This document shows, in pieces, positions 1-12,618 of a stretch of 64,000 nt of DNA. The DNA is from the human T2T-CHM13v2.0 reference genome, Homo sapiens. A program made the position numbers and the translations under genes. The DNA lies in assembly GCF_009914755.1 (NCBI RefSeq), contig NC_060948.1. The stretch is one strand, 5' to 3'. A model generated the notes under the pieces. It did no database searches. It was not told the origin of the DNA and saw only the letters and a program-made list of their open reading frames with translations. Position 1 is the stretch's first letter; each line of letters starts with the position of its first letter.

Positions 1-509
1 ATCGAATGGAAAGTAATCCAATGGAATAGAATCTAATGCAATAAAATCGACTCAGATAGAGTACAATGTAATGGAATGGAGTGCAGAGCAACGGAATGGA
101 ATGGAATGGAATGCAATGGAATGGAATGGAATGGAATGGAATGGGATGGAATGGTATGGAATGGATAGTAATGGACTGGAGTGAAATGGACTGGAAAGGA
201 ATGGACTCAAATTGAAAGGGCTCGAAAGGAATGGAGACAAATGGAATGGTCTGGAATGGAATGAACACGAATGTAATGCAATCCAATAGAATGGAGTCGA
301 ATGGCATGGAATATAAAGAAATGGAATCGAAGAGAATAGAAACAAATGGAATGGAATTGAATGGAATGGAATTGAATGGAATGGGAACGAATGGAGTGAA
401 ATTGTATGCAGTAGAAGAGAATAGAATGGAATGCAAGCGAAAGGAAAGGAATGGATTGGAATGGAATGGAATTCATTGGAATGGAAGGGAATGTAGTGTA
501 ATGGACAGG
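1..509 (+). repeat. DYZ1: Partial DYZ1 unit (end of the upstream unit, U0)
   Basis: Aligns by eye to the last ~510-550 bp of each complete unit (GACTCAGATAGAG ... GAAAGGGCTCG ... GAATTC ... GGACAGG). Confidence 0.93.
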
Positions 510-525
510 CCTGGAATAAAGTGGA
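372..525. other. Classical DYZ1 sexing-PCR target (Y1.2 / Y1.1 primer sites; 154-bp amplicon containing EcoRI site), repeated once per unit
   Basis: TTGAATGGAATGGGAACGAATGG at 372-394. GGACAGGCCTGGAATAAAGTGGA at 503-525 is the reverse complement of TCCACTTTATTCCAGGCCTGTCC. EcoRI GAATTC at 469-474; StuI/HaeIII AGGCCT at 507-512. Primer identity is from memory. Confidence 0.8.
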
Positions 526-882
526 ATGCTACGGTCTCGAGTGGAATAAAAATGTATGGATTGGAATGCAATGAAACGGAATCGAATGTCATAGAATGTA
601 ATGGAATGCAAAAAAATGGAATCCAAAATCATTGACTGGAAAGGCTGGGTGTCGAAAGGAATTGACTCCAATGGAATGGAATCGAATGGAATGGAAGTGA
701 ATAGAATCGAACTAAATCGAATGGAATGGAATTGATAGGAACGGAATGGAAAGGAATGCAATGATTTGGCATGGAATGGAATCGAATGGCATCGAATGGA
801 ATGGAATGGAATGCAATGGAATGGAATGTATTAGAATGTAATGAACTTTAATGGAATGTACTCGAAAGGATTTGACTGGAAT

Positions 883-897
883 GGAATGTTCTGGAAG
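883..897. promoter_or_regulatory. Perfect heat-shock element motif (nGAAnnTTCnnGAAn) #1, recurring once per unit
   Basis: gGAAtgTTCtgGAAg. Motif match only; occupancy is not shown by sequence. Confidence 0.55.
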
Positions 898-2178
898 TGA
901 ATGGACTCCAATGGAATGGATTCGAAAGGAATGGAATCGTACGGAATGGAATCTAATGGAATGGAATTAAATGGAAATGAATCAAATTGAATAGAACGGA
1001 ATTGAATTGAATGGAATGGAATGCAATGGAATCTAATGAAACGGAAAGGAAAGGAATGCAATGGAATGGAATGGACTGGAATGGAAAGGAATCGAAACGA
1101 ATGGAATGGAATCGAACTGAAGAGACTGGAATGGAATGCACTGGAATGGAAGGGAGTGTAATGGAAGGTTCTCAAAAAAAATGGAATCGAATGGAATGGA
1201 ATTGCGTGGAACGGAATAGAGTCGAATGGAATTGAATGGAATGGAATGGACTAGAGTGAAATGGAATCGAACCACAAGGAATGGACAGGAATAGAATGGT
1301 CTCGAATTGAATGGAATCGTATGGAATGGCATCAAACGGAATGGAATGGACAGCCACGGAATGGAATGCACTCGAATGCAATGGAGTCGAAACTAATGGA
1401 CTGGAATAGAATGCACTCGACTGGTACGGACTCCAATGGAATGGAATCGAATGGAAGGGAATCGGACGGAATGGACTCGAAGGGAAAAGACTGCAATGGA
1501 ACGGTCTCGAATGGAATGGAAATTAATTTAATGGAATGGAATCGAATGAAATGGAGTCAAAAGGAATGGAATCGAATGGCAAGAAATCGAATGTAATGGA
1601 ATCGCAAGGAATTGATGTGAACGGAACGGAATGGAATGGAATCCAAAGGAATGGAATAGAATGGAATGGAATCGAATGGAAAGGACTCGAATGGAAATCA
1701 CTCGAATAGAATGTAATTTAATAAAATAGGATCAAATGTAATGGAATGGAATGGAAAGGAATCGAAACGAAAGGAATGGAGACAGATGGAATGGAATGGA
1801 ACAGATAGCAATGGTATACAATGGAATGGAATCATCTGGAATGGAATTGAATGGAATGGAATAATATGAATTGGAATGGAATGGAATGGAATGGAATGCC
1901 CTTGAATTAAATGGACTGGACTCGAACAGAGTGGAATGGAAAGTGTTGAGATAGAATGGAATGGACTCCTTTGGAATGGTCTAGTATGCAATGCAATCGA
2001 CTGGCAGGGAATCAAAAGGAATGTAATCGAATGGATTGGACTGGAATGCAATGGACTCGAATAGATTGGAAACGGAATGCAAAGGAATGGAATGGAATAG
2101 TATGGAATGGAATGGAAAGGAATGGAGTGGAATAGACTAGAGTGGAATGGAATGGACTGGAAAGCAATGGACTGGAAT

Positions 2179-2193
2179 GGAACTTTCTTGAAT
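2179..2193. promoter_or_regulatory. Perfect heat-shock element motif #3, recurring once per unit
   Basis: gGAActTTCttGAAt. The variant gGAAttTTCttGAAt in U2 and U6 still fits the consensus. Motif match only. Confidence 0.55.
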
Positions 2194-4721
2194 GGACTGG
2201 AATCAAACGGAATGGAATGCAATGCAATCAAATGGCATGGAATAAAATAGAATGAAAGAGAATCAAATGGAATTGAATCGAATGGAATCGAATGGATTGG
2301 AAAGGAATAGAATGGAATGGAATGGAATTGACTCAAATGGAATGGACTAGAATGGAATGGATTCGAATGGAAGGCAAAGGAATGGAATCTATTGGAATGG
2401 ACTGTAATGGAATGGAATGGAAGGGATTGGAATGGACTCGAATGGAATGGACTGCAATAGAAAGGATTCGAATGGAATGAAAAAGAATTGAATGGAATAG
2501 AACAGAATGGAATCAAATCGAATGAAATGGAATGGAATAGAAAGGAATGGAATGAAATGGAATGGAAAGGATTCGAATGGAATGCAATCGAATGGAATGG
2601 AATCGAACGGAATGGAATAAAATGGAAGAAAACTGGCAAGAAATGGAATCGAAATGAATGGAGTGTTATGGAACGGACTCAAAAGGAATTGAATGTAATA
2701 GAATGGAGTGGAGTGGACTCGAATATAATGGACTGGAATGGAATGAAATCACATGGAATGGGAACGAATGGAATGGAATGGAAAGGAATGGAAACGAATG
2801 GAAAGGAATCGAATGGAAGGGAATGAAATTGAATCAACAGGAATGGAAGGGAATAGAATAGACGGTAATGGAATGGACTCGAATAGAATGGACACGAATG
2901 CTCAAATTGAATGGACTCGAATGGAATGGAAACGAAAGGAATGTCATCGAATGGAATTGAATCGATTGGAATGAAATCGCATAGAATGGAGTGGAATCAA
3001 ATGGAATTGAATCTTAAGGAAAGGAAGCGAATGGACTGAAATGAAATGGAATGGAATTGAATGGAAAGTAATGCAATGGAATAGAATGGAACGAAATTTC
3101 ACGGAATGGAATCAAACTGAATGGAATCAAATCAATGGAATCAAATCAAATGGAATGGAAAGGAATTGAATGGAGTAGATTGGATTGGATGGGATTGGAA
3201 TGAAATGTACTGGAAAGGACTCGAATTTCATGAAACGGAATGGAATGAATTGGAACGGAATGGACTCGAATGGAATGGAATGTCATGGAATGGCATCAAA
3301 TGGAATGGCATCAAATGGAATGGAATCGAATGCAATGGAATGCTATGGAATGGAATGGAATGCATTGGAATGGAATGTCCTCTAATGGAATGGATTCGAG
3401 TGGAATGGAATCGAATATAATGGAGTCGAATGAAATGGAATTGAAAGGAATGCGATCGAATACAATGGAATATACTGGAATGTAATGTAATGAACTCGAA
3501 TGTAATTGACTGGAATGGAATGTACATGAATGGAATGTAATCGAATGGAAAGTAATCCAATGGAATAGAATCTAATGCAATAAAATCGACTCAGATAGAG
3601 TAGAATGTAATGGAATGGAGTGCAGTGCAATGGAATGGAATGGAATGGAATGCAATGGAATGGAATGGAATGCAATGGAATGGAATGGAATGGAATGGAA
3701 TGGGATGGAATGGGATGGAATGGATAGTAATGGACTGGAATGAAATGTACTGGAAAAGAATGGACTCAAATTGAAAGGGCTCGAAAGGAATGGAGTCAAA
3801 TGGAATGGTCTGGAATGGAATGAACACGAATGTAATGCAATCCAATAGAATGGAATCGAATGGCATGGAATATAAAGAAATGGAATCGAAGAGAATGGAA
3901 ACAAATGGAATGGAATTGAATGGAATGGAATTGAATGGAATGGGAACGAATGGAGTGAAATTGTATGCAGTAGAAGAGAATAGAATGGAATGCAAGCGAA
4001 AGGAAAGGAATGGATTGCAATGGAATGGAATTCATTGGAATGGAAGGGAATGTAGTGTAATGGACAGGCCTGGAATAAAGTGGAATGCTACGGTCTCGAA
4101 TGGAATAAAAATGTATGGAATGGAATGCAATGAAACGGAATCGAATGTCATAGAATGTAATGGAATGCAAAAAAATGGAATCCAAAATCATTGACTGGAA
4201 AGGCTGGGTGTCGAAAGGAATTGACTCCAATGGAATGGAATCGAATGGAATGGAAGTGAATAGAATCGAACTAAATCGAATGGAATGGAATTGATAGGAA
4301 CGGAATGGAAAGGAATGCAATGATTTGGCATGGAATGGAATCGAATGGCATCGAATGGAATGGAATGGAATGCAATGGAATGGAATGTATTAGAATGTAA
4401 TGAACATTAATGGAATCTACTCGAATGGATTCGACTGGAATGGAATGTTCTGGAAGTGAATGGACTCCAATGGAATGGATTAGAAAGGAATGGAATCGAA
4501 CGGAATGGAATACAATGGAATGGAATTAAATGGAAATGAATCAAATTGAATAGCACGGAATTGAATTGAATGGAATGGAATGCAATGGAATCTAATGAAA
4601 CGGAAAGGAAAGGAATGGAATGGAATGGAATGGGCTGGAATGGAAAGGAATCGAAACGAATGGAATGGGATCGAACTGAAGAGACTGGAATGGAATGCAC
4701 TGGAATGGAAGGGAGTGTAAT

Positions 4722-4736
4722 GGAAGGTTCTCGAAA
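4722..4736. promoter_or_regulatory. Perfect heat-shock element motif #2 (shown in U2; disrupted in U1 and U3)
   Basis: gGAAggTTCtcGAAa. U1 reads GGAAGGTTCTCAAAA and U3 reads GGAAGGATCTCGAA. Motif match only. Confidence 0.5.
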
Positions 4737-7700
4737 ATAATGGAATCAAATGGAATGGAATTGAATGGAACGGAATAGAGTCGAATGCAATTGAATGGAA
4801 TGGAATGGACTAGAGTGAAATGGAATCGAACCACAAGGAATGGACAGGAATAGAATGGTCTCGAATTGAATGGAATCGTATGGAATGGCATCAAACGGAA
4901 TGGAATGGACAGCCACGGAATGGAATGCACTCGAATGCAATGGAGTCGAAACTAATGGACTGGAATAGAATGGACTCGACTGGTACGGACTCCAATGGAG
5001 TGGAATCGAATGGAAAGGAATCGATCGGAATGGACTCGAAGGGGAAAGACTGCAATGGAAAGGTCTCGAATGGAATGGAAATTAATGGAATGGAATGGAA
5101 TCGAATGAAATGGAGTCAAAAGGAATGGAATCGAATGGCAAGAAATCGAATGTAATGGAATCGCAAGGAATTGATGTGAACGGAACGGAATGGAATGGAA
5201 TCCAAAGGAATGGAATAGAATGGAATGGAATCGAATGGAAAGGACTCGAATGGAAATCACTCGAATAGAATGCAATTTAATAAAATAGGATCAAATGTAA
5301 TGGAATGGAATGGAAAGGAATCGAAACGAAAGGAATGGAGACAGATGGAATGGAATGGAACAGAGAGCAATGGTATAGAATGGAATGGAATCATCTGGAA
5401 TGGAATTGAATGGAATGGAATAATATGAAATGGAATGGAATGGAATGGAATGGAATGCCCTTGAATTAAATGGACTGGAATGGAATGGACTCGAACAGAG
5501 TGGAATGGAAATTGTTGAGATAGAATGGAATGGACTCCTTTGGAATGGTGTAGTATGCAATGCAATCGACTGGCAGGGAATCAAAAGGAATGTAATGGAA
5601 TGGATTGGACTGGAATGCAATGGACTCGAATAGATTGGAAACGGAATGCAAAGGAATGGAATGGAATAGTATGGAATGGAATGGAAAGGAATGGAGTGGA
5701 ATAGACTAGAGTGGAATGGAATGGACTGGAAAGCAATGGACTGGAATGGAATTTTCTTGAATGGACTGGAATCAAACGGAATGGAATGCAATGCAATCAA
5801 ATGGCATGGAATAAAATAGAATGAAAGAGAATCAAATGGAATTGAATGGAATGGAATCGAATGGATTGGAAAGGAATAGAATGGAATGGAATGGAATTGA
5901 CTCAAATGGAATGGACTAGAATGGAATGGATTCGAATGGAAGGCAAAGGAATGGAATCTATTGGAATGGACTGTAATGGAATGGAATGGAAGGGATTGGA
6001 ATGGACTCGAATGGAATGGACTGCAATAGAAAGGATTCGAATGGAATGAAAAAGAATTGAATGGAATAGAACAGAATAGAATCAAATCGAATGAAATGGA
6101 ATGGAATAGAAAGGAATGGAATGAAATGGAATGGAAAGGATTCGAATGGAATGCAATCGAATGGAATGGAATCGAACGGAATGGAATAAAATGGAAGAAA
6201 ACTGGCAAGAAATGGAATCGAAATGAATGGAGTGTTATGGAACGGACTCAAAAGGAATTGAATGTAATAGAATGGAGTGGAGTGGACTCGAATATAATGG
6301 ACTGGAATGGAATGAAATCACATGGAATGGGAACGAATGGAATGGAATGGAAAGGAATGGAATCGAATGGAAAGGAATCGAATGGAAGGGAATGAAATTG
6401 AATCAACAGGAATGGAAGGGAATAGAATAGACGGTAATGGAATGGACTCGAATAGAATGGACACGAATGCTCAAATTGAATGGACTCGAATGGAATGGAA
6501 ACGAAAGGAATGTCATCGAATGGAATTGAATCGATTGGAATGAAATCGCATAGAATGGAGTGGAATCAAATGGAATTGAATCGAAAGGAAAGGAAGCGAA
6601 CGGACTGAAATGAAATGGAATGGAATTGAATGGAAAGTAATGCAATGGAATAGAATGGAACGAAATTTCACGGAATGGAATCAAACTGAATGGAATCAAA
6701 TCAATGGAATCAAATCAAATGGAATGGAAAGGAATTGAATGGAGTAGATTGGATTGGATGGGATTGGAATGAAATGTACTGGAAAGGACTCGAATTTCAT
6801 GAAACGGAATGGAATGAATTGGAACGGAATGCACTCGAATGGAATGGAATATCATGGAATGGCATCAAATGGAATGGCATCAAATGGAATGGAATCGAAT
6901 GCAATTGAATGCTATGGAATGGAATGGAATGCATTGGAATGGAATGTCCTCTAATGGAATGGATTCGAGTGGAATGGAATCGAATATAATGGAGTCGAAT
7001 GAAATGGAATTGAAAGGAGTGGGATCGAATACAATGGAATATACTGGAATGTAATGTAATGAACTCGAATGTAATTGACTGGAATGGAATGTACATGAAT
7101 GGAATGTAATCCAATGGAAAGTAATCCAATAGAATAGAATCTAATGCAATGAAACCGACTCAGATAGAGTAGAATGTAATGGAATGGAGTGCAGTGCAAT
7201 GGAATGGAATGGAATGGAATGCAATGGAATGGAATGGAATGGAATGGAATGGAATGGAATGGAATGGAATGGAATGGGATGGAATGGGATGGAATGGATA
7301 GTAATGGACTGGAGTGAAATGGACTGGAAAGGAATGGACTCAAATTGAAAGGGCTCGAAAGGAATGGAGTCAAATGAAATGTTCTGGAATGGAATGAACA
7401 CGAATGTAATGCAATCCAATAGAATGGAATCGAATGGCATGGAATATAAAGAAATGGAATCGAAGAGAATGGAAACAAATGGAATGGAATTGAATGGAAT
7501 GGAATTGAATGGAATGGGAACGAATGGAGTGAAATTGTATGCAGTAGAAGGGAATAGAATGGAATGCAAGCGAAAGGAAAGGAATGGATTGGAATGGAAT
7601 GGAATTCATTGGAATGGAAGGGAATGTAGTGTAATGGACAGGCCTGGAATAAAGTGGAATGCTACGGTCTCGAATGGAATAAAAATGTATGGAATGGAAT

Positions 7701-10700
7701 GCAATGAAACGGAATCGAATGTCATAGAATGTAATGGAATGCAAAAAAATGGAATCCAAAATCATTGACTGGAAAGGCTGTGTGGCGAAAGGAATTGACT
7801 CCAATGGAATGGAATCGAATGGAATGGAAGTGAATAGAATCGAACTAAATCGAATGGAATGGAATTGATAGGAACGGAATGGAAAGGAATGCAATGATTT
7901 GGCATGGAATGGAATCGAATGGCATCGAATGGAATGGAATGGAATGCAATGGAATGGAATGTATTAGAATGTAATGAACTTTAATGGAATGTACTCGAAT
8001 GGATTCGACTGGAATGGAATGTTCTGGAAGTGAATGGACTCCAATGGAATGGATTCAAAAGGAATGGAATCGTACGGAATGGAATCTAATGGAATGGAAT
8101 TAAATGGAAGTGAATCAAATTGAATAGCACGGAATTGAATTGAATGGAATGGAATGCAATGGAATCTAATGAAACGGAAAGGAAAGGAATGGAATGGAAT
8201 GGAATGGGCTGGAATGGAAAGGAATCGAAACGAATGGAATGGAATCGAACTGAAGAGACTGGAATGGAATGCACTGGAATGGAAGGGAGTGTAATGGAAG
8301 GATCTCGAAAAAAATGGAATCGAATGGAATGGAATTGAATGGAACGGAATAGAGTCGAATGGAATTGAATGGAATGGAATGGACTAGAGTGAAATGGAAT
8401 CGAACCACAAGGAATGGACAGGAATAGAATGGTCTCGAATTGAATGGAATCGTATGGAATGGCATCAAACGGAATGGAATGGACAGCCACGGAATGGAAT
8501 GCACTCGAATGCAATGGAGTCGAAACTAATGGACTGGAATAGAATGGACTCGACTGGTACGGACTCCAATGGAATGGAATCGAATGGAAGGGAATCGAAC
8601 GGAATGGACTCGAAGGGAAAAGACTGCAATGGAAAGGTCTCGAATGGAATGGAAATTAATGGAATGGAATGGAATCGAATGAAATGGAGTCAAAAGGAAT
8701 GGAATCGAATGGCAAGAAATCGAATGTAATGGAATCGCAAGGAATTGATGTGAACGGAACGGAATGGAATGGAATCCAAAGGAATGGAATAGAATGGAAT
8801 GGAATCGAATGGAAAGGACTCGAATGGAAATCACTCGAATAGAATGCAATTTAATAAAATAGGATCAAATGTAATGGAATGGAATGGAAAGGAATCGAAA
8901 CGAAAGGAATGGAGACAGATGGAATGGAATGGAACAGAGAGCAATGGTATAGAATGGAATGGAATCATCTGGAATGGAATTGAATGGAATGGAATAATAT
9001 GAAATGGAATGGAATGGAATGGAATGGAATGCCCTTGAATTAAATGGACTGGAATGGAATGGACTCGAACAGAGTGGAATGGAAAGTGTTGAGATAGAAT
9101 GGAATGGACTCCTTTGGAATGGTGTAGTATGCAATGCAATCGACTGGCAGGGAATCAAAAGGAATGTAATGGAATGGATTGGACTGGAATGCAATGGACT
9201 CGAAGAGATTGGAAACGGAATGCAAAGGAATGGAATGGAATAGTATGGAATGGAATGGAAAGGAATGGAGTGGAATAGACTAGAGTGGAATGGAATGGAC
9301 TGGAAAGCAATGGACTGGAATGGAACTTTCTTGAATGGACTGGAATCAAACGGAATGGAATGCAATGCAATCAAATGGCATGGAATAAAATAGAATGAAA
9401 GAGAATCAAATGGAATTGAATCGAATGGAATCGAATGGATTGGAAAGGAATAGAATGGAATGGAATGGAATTGACTCGAATGGAATGGACTAGAATGGAA
9501 TGGATTCGAATGGAAGGCAAAGGAATGGAATCTATTGGAATGGACTGTAATGGAATGGAATGGAAGGGATTGGAATGGACTCGAATGGAATGGACTGCAA
9601 TAGAAAGGATTCGAATGGAATGAAAAAGAATTGAATGGAATAGAACAGAATGGAATCAAATCGAATGAAATGGAATGGAATAGAAAGGAATGGAATGAAA
9701 TGGAATGGAAAGGATTCGAATGGAATGCAATCGAATGGAATGGAATCGAACGGAATGGAATAAAATGGAAGAAAACTGGCAAGAAATGGAATCGAAATGA
9801 ATGGAGTGTTATGGAACGGACTCAAAAGGAATTGAATGTAATAGAATGGAGTGGAGTGGACTCGAATATAATGGACTGGAATGGAATGAAATCACATGGA
9901 ATGGGAACGAATGGAATGGAATGGAAAGGAATGGAATCGAATGGAAAGGAATCGAATGGAAGGGAATGAAATTGAATCAACAGGAATGGAAGGGAATAGA
10001 ATAGACGGTAATGGAATGGACTCGAATAGAATGGACACGAATGCTCAAATTAAATGGACTCGAATGGAATTGAAACGAAAGGAATGTCATCGAATGGAAT
10101 TGAATGGATTGGAATGAAATCGCATAGAATGGAGTGGAATCAAATGGAATTGAATCGAAAGGAAAGGAAGCGAATGGACTGAAATGAAATGGAATGGAAT
10201 TGAATGGAAAGTAATGCAATGGAATAGAATGGAACGAAATTTCACGGAATGGAATCAAACTGAATGGAATCAAATCAATGGAATCTAATCAAATGGAATG
10301 GAAAGGAATTGAATGGAGTAGATTGGATTGGATGGGATTGGAATGAAATGTACCGGAAAGGACTGGAATTTCATGAAACGGAATGGAATGAATTGGAACG
10401 GAATGGACTCGAATGGAATGGAATGTCATGGAATGGCATCAAATGGAATGGCATCAAATGGAATGGAATCGAATGCAATGGAATGTTATGGAATGGAATG
10501 GAATGCATTGGAATGGAATGCCCTCTAATGGAATGGATTCGAGTGGAATGGAATCGAATATAATGGAGTCGAATGAAATGGAATTGAAAGGAATGGGATC
10601 GAATACAATGGAATATACTGGAATGGAATGTAATGAACTCGAATGTAATTGACTGGAATGGAATGTACATGAATGGAATGTAATCGAATGGAAAGTAATC

Positions 10701-12568
10701 CAATGGAATAGAATCTAATGCAATAAAACCGACCCAGATAGAGTAGAATGTAATGGAATGGAGTGCAGTGCAATGGAATGGAATGGAATGGAATGCAATG
10801 GAATAGAATGGAATGGAAAGGAATGGAATGGAATGGAATGGGATGGAATGGGATGGAATGGATAGTAATGGACTGGAGTGAAATGGACTGGAAAGGAATG
10901 GACTCAAATTGAAAGGGCTCGAAAGGAATGGAGTCAAATGGAATGGTCTGGAATGGAATGAACACGAATGTAATGCAATCCAATAGAATGGAATCGAATG
11001 GCATGGAATATAAAGAAATGGAATCGAAGAGAATGGAAACAAATGGAATGGAATGGAATGGAATGGAATTGAATGGAATGGGAACGAATGGAGTGAAATT
11101 GTATGCAGTAGAAGAGAATAGAATGGAATGCAAGCGAAAGGAAAGGAATGGATTGGAATGGAATGGAATTCATTGGAATGGAAGGGTATGTAGTGTAATG
11201 GACAGGCCTGGAATAAAGTGGAATGCTACGGTCTCGAATGGAATAAAAATGTATGGAATGGAATGCAATGAAACGGAATCGAATGTCATAGAATGTAATG
11301 GAATGCAAAAAAATGGAATCCAAAATCATTGACTGGAAAGGCTGGGTGTCGAAAGGAATTGACTCCAATGGAATGGAATCGAATGGAATGGAAGTGAATA
11401 GAATCGAACTAAATCGAATGGAATGGAATTGATAGGAACGGAATGGAAAGGAATGCAATGATTTGGCATGGAATGGAATCGAATGGCATCGAATGGAATG
11501 GAATGGAATGCAATGGAATGGAATGAATTAGAATGTAATGAACTTTAATGGAATGTACTCGAATGGATTCGACTGGAATGGAATGTTCTGGAAGGGAATG
11601 GACTCCAATGGAATGGATTCAAAAGGAATGGAATCGTACGGAATGGAATCTAATGGAATGGAATTAAATGGAAATGAATCAAATTGAATAGCACGGAATT
11701 GAATTGAATGGAATGGAATGCAATGGAATCTAATGAAACGGAAAGGAAAGGAATGGAATGGAATGGAATGGGCTGGAATGGAAAGGAATCGAAACGAATG
11801 GAATGGAATCGAACTGAAGAGACTGGAATGGAATGCACTGGAATGGAAGGGAGTGTAATGGAAGGTTCTCGAAAAAAATGGAATCGAATGGAATGGAATT
11901 GAATGGAACGGAATAGAGTCGAATGGAATTGAATGGAATGGAATGGACTAGAGTGAAATGGAATCGAACCACAAGGAATGGACAGGAATAGAATGGTCTC
12001 GAATTGAATGGAATCGTATGGAATGGCATCAAACGGAATGGAATGGACAGCCACGGAATGGAATGCACTCGAATGCAATGGAGTCGAAACTAATGGACTG
12101 GAATAGAATGGACTCGACTGGTACGGACTCCAATGGAATGGAATCGAATGGAAGGGAATCGAACGGAATGGACTCGAAGGGAAAAGACTGCAATGGAAAG
12201 GTCTCGAATGGAATGGAAATTAATGGAATGGAATGGAATCGAATGAAATGGAGTCAAAAGGAATGGAATCGAATGGCAAGAAATCGAATGTAATGGAATC
12301 GCAAGGAATTGATGTGAACGGAACGGAATGGAATGGAATCCAAAGGAATGGAATAGAATGGAATGGAATCGAATGGAAAGGACTCGAATGGAAATCACTC
12401 GAATAGAATGCAATTTAATAAAATAGGATCAAATGTAATGGAATGGAATGGAAAGGAATCGAAACGAAAGGAATGGAGACAGATGGACTGGAATGGAACA
12501 GAGAGCAATGGTATAGAATGGAATGGAATCATCTGGAATGGAATTGAATGGAATGGAATAATATGAAA

Positions 12569-12618
12569 TGGAATGGAATGGAATGGAATGGAATGGAATG
12601 GAATGGAATGGAATGGAA
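12569..12618 (+). repeat. Pure (TGGAA)10 microsatellite tract, longest allele of variable locus B
   Basis: Lies between AATAATATGAAA and TGCCCTTG; most units have 5 copies. Confidence 0.85.

Noticed and set aside
14-24. TAATCCAATGG resembling a DUX4 site
   Set aside because: It mismatches the TAAYYYAATCA consensus at the final CA, so it is not supportable from sequence.
515-550. AATAAA polyadenylation-like hexamers (several per unit)
   Set aside because: They arise trivially from GGAAT followed by an AAAAT/AAAGT variant pentamer. There is no evidence of transcript ends.
3090-3236. GAAATTTCACGG and GAATTTCATGAA as additional HSEs or hairpins
   Set aside because: They have only two correctly spaced nGAAn units or wrong spacing, and the palindromes are too short to be meaningful.
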